A stretch of 64,000 bases of DNA from contig JAGBHV010000015.1 of NCBI GenBank assembly GCA_017935325.1, positions 12,191 through 76,190 on the forward strand, in the 5' to 3' direction. This DNA is from Clostridia bacterium (lineage in GTDB: Bacteria > Bacillota > Clostridia > Oscillospirales > Acutalibacteraceae). Below are positions 28,618 through 38,679 of the stretch, in pieces. The notes beneath the pieces are model-generated. The model was given only the letters and a program-made list of their open reading frames with translations, made no database searches and was not told the DNA's origin. How positions within the stretch are numbered: the first letter of the stretch is position 1; each line of letters opens with the position of its first letter. The translations under genes and the position numbers were made by a program.

Positions 28618-29014
28618 TTTTTGTATCCCTTGAAAGTGAACCGAGAATACCGTTTATAAACGAACTGTCATTTTCTCCTGCATATGTTTTGGCAAGTTCA
28701 ACAGCTTCGTTAATGGAAACGCTTACGGGCACTTCTTCAACATAAAGCATTTCGCTGATTGCTATTCGCAGAATTGCAAGTGAGACTCTCGGAATACGTT
28801 TTATACTCCAGCCTCTGCTGTATTTTTCAATATAAATATCGATATCTTCAAGGTTATCTTCAGTTTTTTTAGCAAGCATCAAAGCAAAATCGTCTTTTTC
28901 AATCTGCTCATCTTCATAAGCATCCTCTGCAATATCCAGAACAGCTTCATCCTGTCTGAAGCTTTTTTCAAACATCAACACAAAAGCCTGTTCTCTGGCT
29001 TCTCTTCTTGTCAT
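28610..29014 (-). CDS. nusB: transcription antitermination factor NusB
   Basis: 134 aa; RREAREQAFVLMFE start; typical NusB length. Confidence 0.92.
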   Translation of the reverse strand: MTRREAREQAFVLMFEKSFRQDEAVLDIAEDAYEDEQIEKDDFALMLAKKTEDNLEDIDIYIEKYSRGWSIKRIPRVSLAILRIAISEMLYVEEVPVSVSINEAVELAKTYAGENDSSFINGILGSLSRDTKNG

Positions 29015-29041
29015 AGCTTGTCCTCCGTATAAAAAATTTAA

Positions 29042-29077
29042 AACTCCGCAAAAACACTTATTCTGTTTTGCGGAGTT
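29042..29077 (-). terminator. intrinsic terminator after the asp23-family gene
   Basis: Minus strand: aactccgcaaaa / 12-nt loop / ttttgcggagtt, followed by ttaaatttttt. Confidence 0.75.
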
Positions 29078-29094
29078 CTGAAGAATCGGGTAAT

Positions 29095-29466
29095 TTAAGA
29101 TTTTGTAGGTTCATCTTCAAGCTCAACGGTTGAAACTGTAACGTCAACTTCGCTGACCATTGTTCCCGTCATGTTCTGAACAGCATTTTTGATATTCTGC
29201 TGAACATTTTCTGCAACAAGCGGGATTTTAGCATCCTGATTTACTTTAATGTAAATGTGAATTTTAATATCCGTTTCTGACATTACAACGTCAACGCTTT
29301 TTGAAGCTGAATCAGAAATTTTATAAAAATTCTGTAATTTAACAGGCTTTGATGCAAAACCTGCTACACCTTCAACATCCTTTGATGCGGTAACCGCGAT
29401 TGATGCAATAACATCTTCGGAAATCACAAGATTTCCGGAATTTCGGCTTTTATTTATATTTGACAT
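29095..29466 (-). CDS. Asp23/Gls24-family alkaline shock protein
   Basis: 123 aa; ISEDVIASIAVTASKDVEGVAG motif. Same position as yqhY upstream of nusB in Bacillus. Confidence 0.88.
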   Translation of the reverse strand: MSNINKSRNSGNLVISEDVIASIAVTASKDVEGVAGFASKPVKLQNFYKISDSASKSVDVVMSETDIKIHIYIKVNQDAKIPLVAENVQQNIKNAVQNMTGTMVSEVDVTVSTVELEDEPTKS

Positions 29467-29522
29467 TCTTGTCAGCCTCCTTCCTTTATCTTATATTATA
29501 ACACAAAGAAAAAATTTCTCAA

Positions 29523-30074
29523 CTATTTTGCTTCAATTAATGTAACATTTTCTGAAAAAATATTCGCTTGTGTAGCAATTATATCAATAATTTGTGTCGA
29601 AATTGTGTCGTTGAGTGTGTTTTTATTCACTATAACCTGAACTTTGTTATCATTTATGACCACAACACACTCTCCTCCTGTTTTTGCAATTATCAAGTTT
29701 TCAAGATCAGTTTCAAGCTTGATTGTTTTTGAAATTTCTTCTAAAGCTTTTTCAGCACTCATAACAGCTTCAGGCGATGATGAAGAATCTTTGATTATTT
29801 CATTGAGCACTTCGAGCGAATCCTCATGCGCTTTTGACCTGTTCACACGTGCGTCATTAAAATATTCGCTTACATTTTTTGAACTTACAAGCTGTGCCTG
29901 ACCGATTTGCGATGTATCTTCGTTTGCTTCTTTCACTATTTTTGTTGTTTCAACAACACCTGAAGAAGATTGAACCTGCGGTTTATTATAATACCAATTA
30001 ATAAAAACTGCAAAGCCCAATGCAATAATCAGAGTTGCCAGAATCACTTGTCTTTTCTTTACTATAAATCCCAT
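29523..30074 (-). CDS. spoIIIAH: stage III sporulation protein AH
   Basis: 183 aa; N-terminal TM helix plus soluble domain; last gene of the spoIIIA operon by order. Confidence 0.7.
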   Translation of the reverse strand: MGFIVKKRQVILATLIIALGFAVFINWYYNKPQVQSSSGVVETTKIVKEANEDTSQIGQAQLVSSKNVSEYFNDARVNRSKAHEDSLEVLNEIIKDSSSSPEAVMSAEKALEEISKTIKLETDLENLIIAKTGGECVVVINDNKVQVIVNKNTLNDTISTQIIDIIATQANIFSENVTLIEAK

Positions 30075-30088
30075 GTTGAATCCTCCTG

Positions 30089-30622
30089 TCAGCCGTTTCT
30101 TTTACATACGCTGATTTTATTTGTTTTTATGTCAAGCACTGCAGACACGGTATTTATAATATTTTCCCGCACTGCCGCATTGTCACCGCCATCACATACA
30201 ACGGCCACACCTCTTATCTCCGGTTCAATCACTTTTAAAAGCATTCCGTTTTCAGAAGATGTTCCCGATTTTATTACTATGTACTCATATTCATAATTAG
30301 ACGATAATTTACCGTCAGATTCTTCTTCATCTGTTTTAATCTGTTTTGCATAAACATTTTCCTCTGACGCATCTATTGTTACCATTACGCTTGTTTTCCC
30401 TGCACCCTCGATTGATGATATGATTTCAGAAAGCTTTTTTTCAATCGTCAGAGCATAATCTTCCGTTACCGAAGCTTTCTCATCGGTTTTTGTTTCACTT
30501 TTCTGTGCAAAGAGTTCACTTGCCAGCAAAAGCAGAATACCAACTACGGCAACAATCAATATCACACTCATCTTTCTGTCTTTTTTTAATATATCTTTTA
30601 ATTTATTTAATTTTTCTGCCAT
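30089..30622 (-). CDS. spoIIIAG: stage III sporulation protein AG
   Basis: 177 aa; TM anchor; C-terminal EPEIRGVAVVCDGG ring-building-type motif; operon position. Confidence 0.75.
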   Translation of the reverse strand: MAEKLNKLKDILKKDRKMSVILIVAVVGILLLLASELFAQKSETKTDEKASVTEDYALTIEKKLSEIISSIEGAGKTSVMVTIDASEENVYAKQIKTDEEESDGKLSSNYEYEYIVIKSGTSSENGMLLKVIEPEIRGVAVVCDGGDNAAVRENIINTVSAVLDIKTNKISVCKRNG

Positions 30623-31080
30623 ATGTATTCTGCCTCCGCCGAAAACATTGTTTTAAGATTTGATGTTATCTGTTTCTCTCTGTGTTTATATTTTTCATCA
30701 AGTGTGATTTTAATTTTTTCGATAAAAATGCAGTTTTCCTGATTAACCGAAACAAGCACTGCTATTTCATCATATTCCACATCAATGCTTTTAAGAAGCT
30801 CTTTTGTTTCTGTAACTGCTGATTCTTCGGCTTCTTTGAGCATTGTATCGGTAATATCTTTTGCAAGCTCTGACTGATAAGAAGAAAAATCAGGAATATC
30901 CTCTTTCAGATTAATTCTGACACCTGAAATAACGGGCGACAGAAATGCACAGATAAGAAAAGTTGCCACAACCGTTTTCATTATTTTCTGAACGCTGCTG
31001 TCAGGCGTAAGTATACTGACCGCAGCTGCTGTTACAGAACAAAATATTATACATATTATCCATTGTTTTAAAGCGTCCAT
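30607..31080 (-). CDS. spoIIIAF: stage III sporulation protein AF
   Basis: The ORF track starts at 31146. The ATG at 31080 (MDALKQWIICIIF) lies 2 nt after the spoIIIAE stop. Two N-terminal TM helices; operon position. Confidence 0.7.
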   Translation of the reverse strand: MDALKQWIICIIFCSVTAAAVSILTPDSSVQKIMKTVVATFLICAFLSPVISGVRINLKEDIPDFSSYQSELAKDITDTMLKEAEESAVTETKELLKSIDVEYDEIAVLVSVNQENCIFIEKIKITLDEKYKHREKQITSNLKTMFSAEAEYIWQKN

Positions 31081-31082
31081 AA

Positions 31083-32213
31083 TTACCCCTGTACAGAGTT
31101 TCTGATCGTAAGAAGAATTCCTGTTGATACAATAAAAAGCACGCAACAGAATATCAGGATAGCATTGAATGTCTTTACCGTATCTGAAACATCACGATAA
31201 AAATCTGAAATATTTTTCAACCCGAAAACATCTGCAACAACGGCTGATATAGTTAAAGAAAGAGACCAGAATACAAGTTCAGAAATTACAGGCAGATTCA
31301 CCGCTGCTATAGCTATTATTCCGAAAACACCTACAGAGCTTTTCAGCAAAATCAGACTGTTGACTATAGTTGCATAGGCTTCACTCATTGAACCTCCTAT
31401 AACAGGCACAAGAGAACTCACAAGCATTTTAGCGCCTTTTACCGTAACTGTATCTGCAATATTCGATAAAATCCCTTTTATTGACAAAACAGCCACAAAT
31501 ATTGTTGCTGAAAACGTCAACGTTTTCGTAACAGTATTTTTTATCATCGATGCCAGGTTTTTAATCCTCATTGTGTCTGATACCACATTCACGCAGATCA
31601 GTGCAAAAAACATTCCTTCAAAAGGCATAAGTATATTGCTTGAAAACACTGAAACCGCCTCAGCGAAATATAATGCAAGAGAATTGTAGTTCAAAGCTAA
31701 CAAAGGATTTTTTGATGCAGCAATAATTCCTGCTAAAACAGGTAATAAAACCAGCATAAAGTTGCTGCTTAATTTGATTGCAGCAGCGCCGGCACTTAAA
31801 AGAGATGCCATCGGCACACTTACACTCAAAGCTATGTATGCATATATTATCAGATTCACTGCTTTTTTCTTTTTTTCATTTTCTGACAAGTATGATAAAG
31901 CAACGCTGACACCGACAAGTACAATACAGTTTGATAATAAGTTTTTAAGCGGTGTGGCAATTGTTCCTTCAGCGGTGTTTTTAAAAAAATCGATTATATC
32001 CTTCGGCTCTGCAGACAGAATACTTTCAAAATTGACTGAATCAAAACCGCTTTCTTCAAGTATTTCTATCGTCTGTTGAGGCAGTTCACTTTTGAGAATA
32101 TCATAATACTCATCGCTGTAATCAGAAACAAGGTCTTCTTCCAGACCAAAAGCCGTTACGGGATAAGTAAAAAACAATAGTATTACAAGAATTGAAATTT
32201 TTAACGTTTTCAT
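31083..32213 (-). CDS. spoIIIAE: stage III sporulation protein AE
   Basis: 376 aa; signal peptide plus multiple TM helices; operon position. Confidence 0.85.
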   Translation of the reverse strand: MKTLKISILVILLFFTYPVTAFGLEEDLVSDYSDEYYDILKSELPQQTIEILEESGFDSVNFESILSAEPKDIIDFFKNTAEGTIATPLKNLLSNCIVLVGVSVALSYLSENEKKKKAVNLIIYAYIALSVSVPMASLLSAGAAAIKLSSNFMLVLLPVLAGIIAASKNPLLALNYNSLALYFAEAVSVFSSNILMPFEGMFFALICVNVVSDTMRIKNLASMIKNTVTKTLTFSATIFVAVLSIKGILSNIADTVTVKGAKMLVSSLVPVIGGSMSEAYATIVNSLILLKSSVGVFGIIAIAAVNLPVISELVFWSLSLTISAVVADVFGLKNISDFYRDVSDTVKTFNAILIFCCVLFIVSTGILLTIRNSVQG

Positions 32214-32225
32214 TGAAATACCTCT

Positions 32226-32615
32226 TCATTTTATAAATCCTATCGCCGCTTCGGCAAGCTTTTTTAACATCGGCAAAGCCATAAAAACTATTATTGTTTT
32301 CCCGAACAATTCAACTGCGTTTGAGAGTGTGTTGTTACCGCTGTCACGGCAGACACCTGATGCTATATCAGTTACTATCGAAACCCCGAGTGCTTTGAGA
32401 AGAATTTCCAGAAAAGAAGAATCTATTCCGCTTAATGAAATCATGCCTGAAAGGGAATCAACAATATCTTTGAAGTATGAAAAAAGCATTGTTGTCAGCA
32501 CAGCTACACCGCATAACTGACACACCAGAGCATATTCAGGTTTGTAATTTTTAACTATCATGCAAAGAAGTGCTATAACAACCGCTAAAATAAAAATTTT
32601 CATATCAGAAATCAA
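32226..32615 (-). CDS. spoIIIAD: stage III sporulation protein AD
   Basis: 129 aa, 4 TM helices; KNYKPEYAL resembles B. subtilis KEQKPTFAF. Confidence 0.8.
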   Translation of the reverse strand: MISDMKIFILAVVIALLCMIVKNYKPEYALVCQLCGVAVLTTMLFSYFKDIVDSLSGMISLSGIDSSFLEILLKALGVSIVTDIASGVCRDSGNNTLSNAVELFGKTIIVFMALPMLKKLAEAAIGFIK

Positions 32616-32799
32616 TAATTGATGTAAGAGAGCTGAACAAATCGCGTATATACGGCAAAACCATCATCAGAATCACAACGAAACCTGCAAGCGTTACAAT
32701 CATTGCATATTCATCTCTTCCGCATTTTGACAACACCTGATTTATTACTGCCACCAATAACCCGATAACTGCAATTTTAATTACTACTTCAATTCCCAT
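32605..32799 (-). CDS. spoIIIAC: stage III sporulation protein AC
   Basis: 64 aa, 2 TM helices; GRDEYAMIVTLAGFVVILMMV closely resembles B. subtilis SpoIIIAC. Confidence 0.85.
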   Translation of the reverse strand: MGIEVVIKIAVIGLLVAVINQVLSKCGRDEYAMIVTLAGFVVILMMVLPYIRDLFSSLTSIIDF

Positions 32800-32812
32800 A
32801 TTTTAATAACCT

Positions 32813-33319
32813 TCAATAAAAAATTATTACAGCAACAACTGCTGAAAAAACACTCAGAGCTGTAGTGATTTTAGATTTTTCCTTTAGTTTTTCTTCTGCT
32901 GAGTGCAATTGCTTTGTAAGCATTCCGATATGTAAGCGACAATTATTACTCTGACCCTGCAAATCTGTAAGACCTAATGCCGAACCGAATGAAAGAAGTA
33001 TTTTTTCATCTTCTTTATTCAGGCAATCATTATTACCGAAAACTGTAATCGCTTCTTTCCAACTTACAGAAAAATCCATATCATTTTTCTGTTTAAGCTC
33101 ATTCATTGTACGTAATCTGATATTTTCCGAAGAAGTAAGCTCGTTTATAATTTCTCTGATATTTTTCTGCGAAAAAGATATCTGTGAATTTATACCTTCA
33201 ATCAGAAAAATATAATCATTGAGCGAAGAAATACGTTTACGCATTCTGAAGTTCAAATACTGACCTGTCAGGATAAAAGCCGTTACAACCAAAATAATCG
33301 CCGTTATTTTTAGCATCAT
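32813..33319 (-). CDS. spoIIIAB: stage III sporulation protein AB
   Basis: The ORF track start at 33340 is a GTG. ATG codons at 33319 and 33316 follow GGGTGA. About 168 aa with terminal TM helices; operon position. Confidence 0.75.
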   Translation of the reverse strand: MMLKITAIILVVTAFILTGQYLNFRMRKRISSLNDYIFLIEGINSQISFSQKNIREIINELTSSENIRLRTMNELKQKNDMDFSVSWKEAITVFGNNDCLNKEDEKILLSFGSALGLTDLQGQSNNCRLHIGMLTKQLHSAEEKLKEKSKITTALSVFSAVVAVIIFY

Positions 33320-34247
33320 ATTCACCCGCTTCGTAAACACCTTTTATTCTGCACGGAAAATCTGACAGCATTACCACTGCAGGATTATATCCGCCTTCAA
33401 GCAGAGATCTGAATTGCGGTTTATTTTTTAACTCGGACATGTCTGAAGCATGAATGCTAAGGACAAAGCTGACACCTGAATTCATACCGCTTTTTATGGC
33501 ACTGCATTCTTCTACCGTACCTATTTCATCGCATATTATCAGGTCCGGCGACAGCGTTCTTAAAGCACACATAATGCCGTCTGCTTTTCTGAACGAAGAA
33601 AGCACATCCGTATTTGCTCCGATATCAAAGCAGCAAAAGCCATCATTCATCGGTGCTATTTCGCATCGTTCATCTATAACAGAAACTTTATGATATTTAC
33701 CGAGTCGCCCTGAAGATACCTGCCTTGCAATATCGCGAAGCAATGTTGTTTTTCCGCTTGAAGGTGGTCCCGCTATAATGAGATTAGTAAGCCTGTTATA
33801 AAACACACTTTTCAGAATTTCATCAGCACACCCTTTGAATTCACGTGCTATTCTGATATTCAACGAATTTATATCACGGATTGAAGTTATTTTTCCGCTT
33901 TGGGTTACTGCTGTACCGCCAATTCCGACTCTGTGTCCCGAGGACAAAGTTATAAACCCTTGAGAAATGCTGTCCGAATGACTGTAGACAGAAAAATTAC
34001 AGAGCCTGTTGAATGCATTTTTCATCTCATCAACAGACATTTTATATAAATTATCAGAAAAGACTGAGGTTAATCTGCCGCTGCTTTCCAAAAAAAGAGT
34101 ATTATCATTAAGTATAAGAACTATAGGCTTTTCCGACCTTAATCTGATTTCACATATTTTTGATTTATAGTGATTTTCTACGCTGTTCAATACCATACGA
34201 ATTGAATCGGGCAGAAATTTTATTGCACTTTCAAAACTGTTCTGCAT
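33237..34247 (-). CDS. spoIIIAA: stage III sporulation protein AA (AAA+ ATPase)
   Basis: 336 aa; Walker A AGPPSSGKTTLLRDIAR; Walker B LIICDEIG; first gene of the operon. Confidence 0.9.
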   Translation of the reverse strand: MQNSFESAIKFLPDSIRMVLNSVENHYKSKICEIRLRSEKPIVLILNDNTLFLESSGRLTSVFSDNLYKMSVDEMKNAFNRLCNFSVYSHSDSISQGFITLSSGHRVGIGGTAVTQSGKITSIRDINSLNIRIAREFKGCADEILKSVFYNRLTNLIIAGPPSSGKTTLLRDIARQVSSGRLGKYHKVSVIDERCEIAPMNDGFCCFDIGANTDVLSSFRKADGIMCALRTLSPDLIICDEIGTVEECSAIKSGMNSGVSFVLSIHASDMSELKNKPQFRSLLEGGYNPAVVMLSDFPCRIKGVYEAGEYDAKNNGDYFGCNGFYPDRSVFELQNA

Positions 34248-34389
34248 ATTTTCACTCCTTTCATCTTTGTCCTATATATATTTCTTCTTGTCCTAAGTTA
34301 GAACAATATTTACTAAATTTAACCTTTTTATTGAATATTGAGTGATAATATGTTAAACTAATTGTAATTACATTTAAGCGAGGTCAATT

Positions 34390-37272
34390 ATGAGTGTATT
34401 AATTAATAAAATAAAAAAAGGAAAGCTTTACGATAACCGGTTTATCCTGCTTTCCATGTTTGGTTCTTTGCTTATCAGTCTGCTTGTAGCTTACTGCTAT
34501 AACATGATACCTTTCGGCGATTCAACTATTCTCCGTATGGACCTTTACCATCAGTATGGTCCTCTCTTTGCTGAACTTTATGAAAGAATCAAAGGCGGCG
34601 AAAGTCTGCTTTATTCTTGGAATGCCGGTGGCGGTTCGAGTTTTCTCGGAAACTTTTACAACTATCTTTCCAGCCCGCTTTCAATATTGATATTGTTTTT
34701 CAGTCATGAAAACATTCCTGTGGCAATCGGCATAATGATTTTCACAAAAGCCGTTTTAGCATCGGCAACTTTTTCTTATTATCTCAAAAAGAGTCAGAAA
34801 CGTCATGATTATCTCACTGCAGGTTTTGGTGTTTTATATGCTTTCAGCGGTTATTTCATCGCATATTACTGGAACCTTATGTGGCTTGATGCTTTTGTGC
34901 TTCTTCCTATTGTTCTTTACGGAATTGAAAGAATCATAAACAAAGGAAAGCCACTGACCTTTATTATTTCCCTCGCGATTACAATGTTTTCAAACTACTA
35001 TATGGCATATATGGTTTGTATGTTTTCCGTAATCTATTTCTTCTATTATTATTTTACGCATTACAAATTTTCAGATTCTCTTGCCGATTTCAGATTACCG
35101 TATGAAAGCAACAAAAAATGTAACAAAGGCTTGTATTACAAAATCCGTTCATCACGTTTTCTCGGCAGTGGATTCACCTTTGCTTTTGGTGCAATTTCAG
35201 CTGCACTTTGCGTATGCTTTGCACTTTTACCGACCTTCTTTATTTTACGTGCATGCTCTGCAACTTCAGGAACATTCCCTGAAGAATTTCTGACATACAA
35301 CTCTGTTTTCGACTTGCTGGCAAATCACCTTGCAAGCGTCGAACCTACAATCAGAAGCAGCGGTGACGATGTTCTGCCGAATGTTTACTGTTCTGTTGCA
35401 ACAGTAATGCTTGTGCCTCTGTTCTATTTTACAAAATCCATTTCATTGCGTGAAAAGATTTCTACAACCGCCCTGCTCGGCATATTGTATTTAAGCTTTA
35501 ACACAAATTATCTCAACTATATCTGGCACGGTTTCCATTATCCTAATGATTTACCATACAGATTTTCTTTCATGTACACTTTCGTTATTCTGATAATTGC
35601 ATTCAAAACCCTTATCCGTATCAGAGAATTCAAACCGAAAGAATTATTGGGCATAGGACTCGGAACAGTTCTGTTCATAGTAATGGTTGAAGAAATCGGC
35701 TCTAAAAATGTTGATAATAACTCTGTGTTTATCAGCCTTTCTTTTGCAATTATTTATGCTGTCGGTTTCTATATTTTCAGCAATAAAAAGTATAACAGAC
35801 AAGCTACTGCACTGTTTCTTTTCTGTTGCTTCGTTTCCGAATATGCTATTGCAAATACTGATAATTATGTAATGAATCAGGAGCTTAAGTATTACAGCTC
35901 AGATTACGGAAATTTTGAAGATATCAAAAAGGACATTGATGAACATCACAAATCCGAAAACATTTACAGAATGGAGCTTACCAACTTACGTACAAGAATG
36001 GACCCCTGCTGGTATAATTACAACGGTGTATCTATTTTCTCATCAATGGCATATGAAAAAGTTGCAAACCTGCATGATAATTTAGGTCTTTACGGCAACT
36101 ATATCAACTCATACACCTATAATTTACAGACACCTGTTTACAACGCAATGTTTGCTCTTGATTACATTGTAAACAATTCTGAAGATATTAAAATCAATGA
36201 TGAGTTCTTCACGTATTTAAGCGAAAATGATAATTTCACAGCTTATTCAAATAACTACTCACTTCCGATAGCTTATATGGTTGATTCATCAATGAAGGAC
36301 TGGGATTACAGCAACTATGACCCCTTCGTTGTGCAAAGTGATTATTTCTGCCGCGCAACAGGAATAGATGATGTGTTCAGAGATGAGAGCATATTTGATA
36401 TTTCAGGATTCGGTGTAAGTGAAATCACAAACCCGTCAGACGGCTCTGACTGCTTCTATTTCACCGCTGACACGCCTGATGGTACAGGTGAAATCACAGC
36501 TCTGATTGTCCCTGAAGAAACAAAAAATCTGTATCTTTATGTTGATTCAGAAGCACTCGGCACACTGACCGTAGAAAATCAGGGAGAAGAAATGACACAG
36601 GATATTGATGATGAACATTATATTCTTGACCTTGGAGAATGCAAAAAGGACGAAACTATTACTTTACGCTTTACTGTCAAAGAAGATATAACAGACGGTT
36701 ATGCCGATTTCGTGCTTCGCTCAATTGACATGGAGAAATTCACAGAAGGTTATAATATACTGAAGAAGCAGTCATTGAAAGTAAATGAATTTACTGACAG
36801 AAAAATATCCGGCACAATCAACGCTCCCGAAGACGGAATTATGTACACTTCAATCCCCTATGACACAGGATGGGAAGTTACAGTTGACGGAGAAAAACTT
36901 GACAGTGAAGAATTAATTTCTTTAGGTGATGCTCTTATCGGAATTCATCTTGAAAAAGGTCAGCATACCATAGAAATGAAATACACTCCCCGAGGTCTTG
37001 TAATCGGAATCGGATTGAGCATTTTCGGATTTATACTGTTACTGCTTTATATATTTGTGATTAAAAAGCTGAAAGCAGTAAGAATGTATTCTCTCAAATT
37101 TGACCCGTCACAGGATATGCTGTTGACTCAATCTGTTCTTGATGAAATAAACAGACAGAAGGCAGAAATCATGCTGCGTGAAGCAACTGAGAAGCTTGAA
37201 GCGTATTCATCAGAAGAAAATAATAACGATGATGAAGATAATCTGCCTCCCGAAGCAACGGAAAACGTATAA
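34390..37272 (+). CDS. YfhO-family membrane glycosyltransferase
   Basis: 960 aa. Many TM helices in the N-terminal 500 aa with MDLYHQYGPLF (the D..Q(Y/H) YfhO motif), a large extracytoplasmic domain, a terminal TM helix and an acidic tail. Confidence 0.8.
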   Translation: MSVLINKIKKGKLYDNRFILLSMFGSLLISLLVAYCYNMIPFGDSTILRMDLYHQYGPLFAELYERIKGGESLLYSWNAGGGSSFLGNFYNYLSSPLSILILFFSHENIPVAIGIMIFTKAVLASATFSYYLKKSQKRHDYLTAGFGVLYAFSGYFIAYYWNLMWLDAFVLLPIVLYGIERIINKGKPLTFIISLAITMFSNYYMAYMVCMFSVIYFFYYYFTHYKFSDSLADFRLPYESNKKCNKGLYYKIRSSRFLGSGFTFAFGAISAALCVCFALLPTFFILRACSATSGTFPEEFLTYNSVFDLLANHLASVEPTIRSSGDDVLPNVYCSVATVMLVPLFYFTKSISLREKISTTALLGILYLSFNTNYLNYIWHGFHYPNDLPYRFSFMYTFVILIIAFKTLIRIREFKPKELLGIGLGTVLFIVMVEEIGSKNVDNNSVFISLSFAIIYAVGFYIFSNKKYNRQATALFLFCCFVSEYAIANTDNYVMNQELKYYSSDYGNFEDIKKDIDEHHKSENIYRMELTNLRTRMDPCWYNYNGVSIFSSMAYEKVANLHDNLGLYGNYINSYTYNLQTPVYNAMFALDYIVNNSEDIKINDEFFTYLSENDNFTAYSNNYSLPIAYMVDSSMKDWDYSNYDPFVVQSDYFCRATGIDDVFRDESIFDISGFGVSEITNPSDGSDCFYFTADTPDGTGEITALIVPEETKNLYLYVDSEALGTLTVENQGEEMTQDIDDEHYILDLGECKKDETITLRFTVKEDITDGYADFVLRSIDMEKFTEGYNILKKQSLKVNEFTDRKISGTINAPEDGIMYTSIPYDTGWEVTVDGEKLDSEELISLGDALIGIHLEKGQHTIEMKYTPRGLVIGIGLSIFGFILLLLYIFVIKKLKAVRMYSLKFDPSQDMLLTQSVLDEINRQKAEIMLREATEKLEAYSSEENNNDDEDNLPPEATENV

Positions 37273-37275
37273 ATG

Positions 37276-37319
37276 CAAAAAGCACCGAAATGCCTGAAAC
37301 ATTTCGGTGCTGATTTTTT
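37276..37319. terminator. bidirectional intrinsic terminator (yfhO / histidine kinase)
   Basis: gcaccgaaatg (37282-37292) / cctgaaa / catttcggtgc (37300-37310), flanked by aaaaa and tgatttttt. Confidence 0.8.
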
Positions 37320-37321
37320 AT

Positions 37322-38674
37322 TTATTTTTTGTTGGCTTTAGGAATTATAAAGGTAATTGTAAGACCGGTATCAAAAATTGATTCCTCAGCAAATATCCTG
37401 CCCTGATGAGCTTCAATAATGTCCTTACAGATTGAAAGACCCAATCCTGAAACAGATTTACTGCGGCTTTCATCCGTTGTATAAAGCGGTTCAAAAATCT
37501 TTTTAAACTGCCATTTTTCAACGCCCGTTCCGTTATCAGAAACTTTAAATACAATTTCATCATTGACCTGAGAAACTTCAATATGAATTTTCAGTAAATC
37601 ATCCGATTGATGCTTTGTGCTGTTACTGATTATATTTCCGAAGACACGGAGCATATCAGCCTTATTGATAATAATAACTGCATCAGAAGTTTTATCTTCA
37701 ATTGTAAAAACACAGTTCTCTCTGTCAAGGTCATCACGATAATATGAATCAACTGCAGTCAGCAACTGTTTTACGGGAACTACCATCTTCTCCGATGAAT
37801 CAGCCTTATCATTATATGTCAGATAATCATCAAGGCCTTCGATCATTCTTTTTATGGCAATTGATTTTTCGTAAATTGTATTCACATATTTTGTCTTACG
37901 CTCTACGGGAATATCCTCTTTTTTAAGCTGTTCCGCATACCCCATAATCGACGTAAGCGGAGTTTTGATATCATGAGAAACAGATGCTATAATTCGTGTC
38001 TGTTTATTTTCTTCTTCGGTCAATGCACCTGTCAGAGCATCAAAGTCTTTTGTAAGCGAAGCTAATTCATTCTTTTCATCATTTTTTGCTATATGAATAT
38101 TCTTATTATATCCGCGGATTGAATTAGCAAGCTTTTCAAGAGGAAGAAGAATAATCCGTCTGATAGAAATAATAATAATTACCATCGCTACAGTAAAAAC
38201 AACTATCTCAAAAAAGAGCATCCTTTCAAGATACAAGCTCATAAAAGGCGGTATTTTTTTCAAAGAAAAATTACTGCTCATTGCAACAGCGCCTTTAATA
38301 AAATAAATCTGCTGTCCGTTACTGTTGGTGGAAAGAAACTTTTCCGAAGCAGTAATATACAGATTATTGTCAATGTTAATTGTTGACGGGGCATTTTTAT
38401 CAGGATAAGTATAGACAATATTACCGTCAAGGTCCTCAATGTATATGAGCATTCCGTCACCGATTACGCTTTCATCAACTGATTCATGAAAGTTATCGGA
38501 TTTTTCCAATTGTAAAATAATTGACTGTACCGTTTTGTTTACCTGCTCTTTCATGCTTGCAACCTGTTGATTAACACCACTGGGCAAAAGTAAAAGAGAA
38601 AAGATAAAAATACCTGCAAAATTAATTAAGAATACGATGACAAGCATCAACGAAACACGTTTTCTGATACTCAT
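37322..38674 (-). CDS. sensor histidine kinase
   Basis: 450 aa; two TM helices flanking a periplasmic-type loop of about 130 aa; H-box SHDIKTPLTSIMGY; ATPase boxes DNGTGV and GLGLSICKDI. Confidence 0.9.
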   Translation of the reverse strand: MSIRKRVSLMLVIVFLINFAGIFIFSLLLLPSGVNQQVASMKEQVNKTVQSIILQLEKSDNFHESVDESVIGDGMLIYIEDLDGNIVYTYPDKNAPSTINIDNNLYITASEKFLSTNSNGQQIYFIKGAVAMSSNFSLKKIPPFMSLYLERMLFFEIVVFTVAMVIIIISIRRIILLPLEKLANSIRGYNKNIHIAKNDEKNELASLTKDFDALTGALTEEENKQTRIIASVSHDIKTPLTSIMGYAEQLKKEDIPVERKTKYVNTIYEKSIAIKRMIEGLDDYLTYNDKADSSEKMVVPVKQLLTAVDSYYRDDLDRENCVFTIEDKTSDAVIIINKADMLRVFGNIISNSTKHQSDDLLKIHIEVSQVNDEIVFKVSDNGTGVEKWQFKKIFEPLYTTDESRSKSVSGLGLSICKDIIEAHQGRIFAEESIFDTGLTITFIIPKANKK

Positions 38675-38679
38675 AGCTG

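Noticed and set aside
34248-34389. Assigning a specific sigma-E or sigma-G promoter to spoIIIA in the divergent spoIIIAA/yfhO intergenic region.
   Set aside because: I could not find a convincing match to the sporulation sigma consensus by eye. No promoter feature is reported rather than forcing one.
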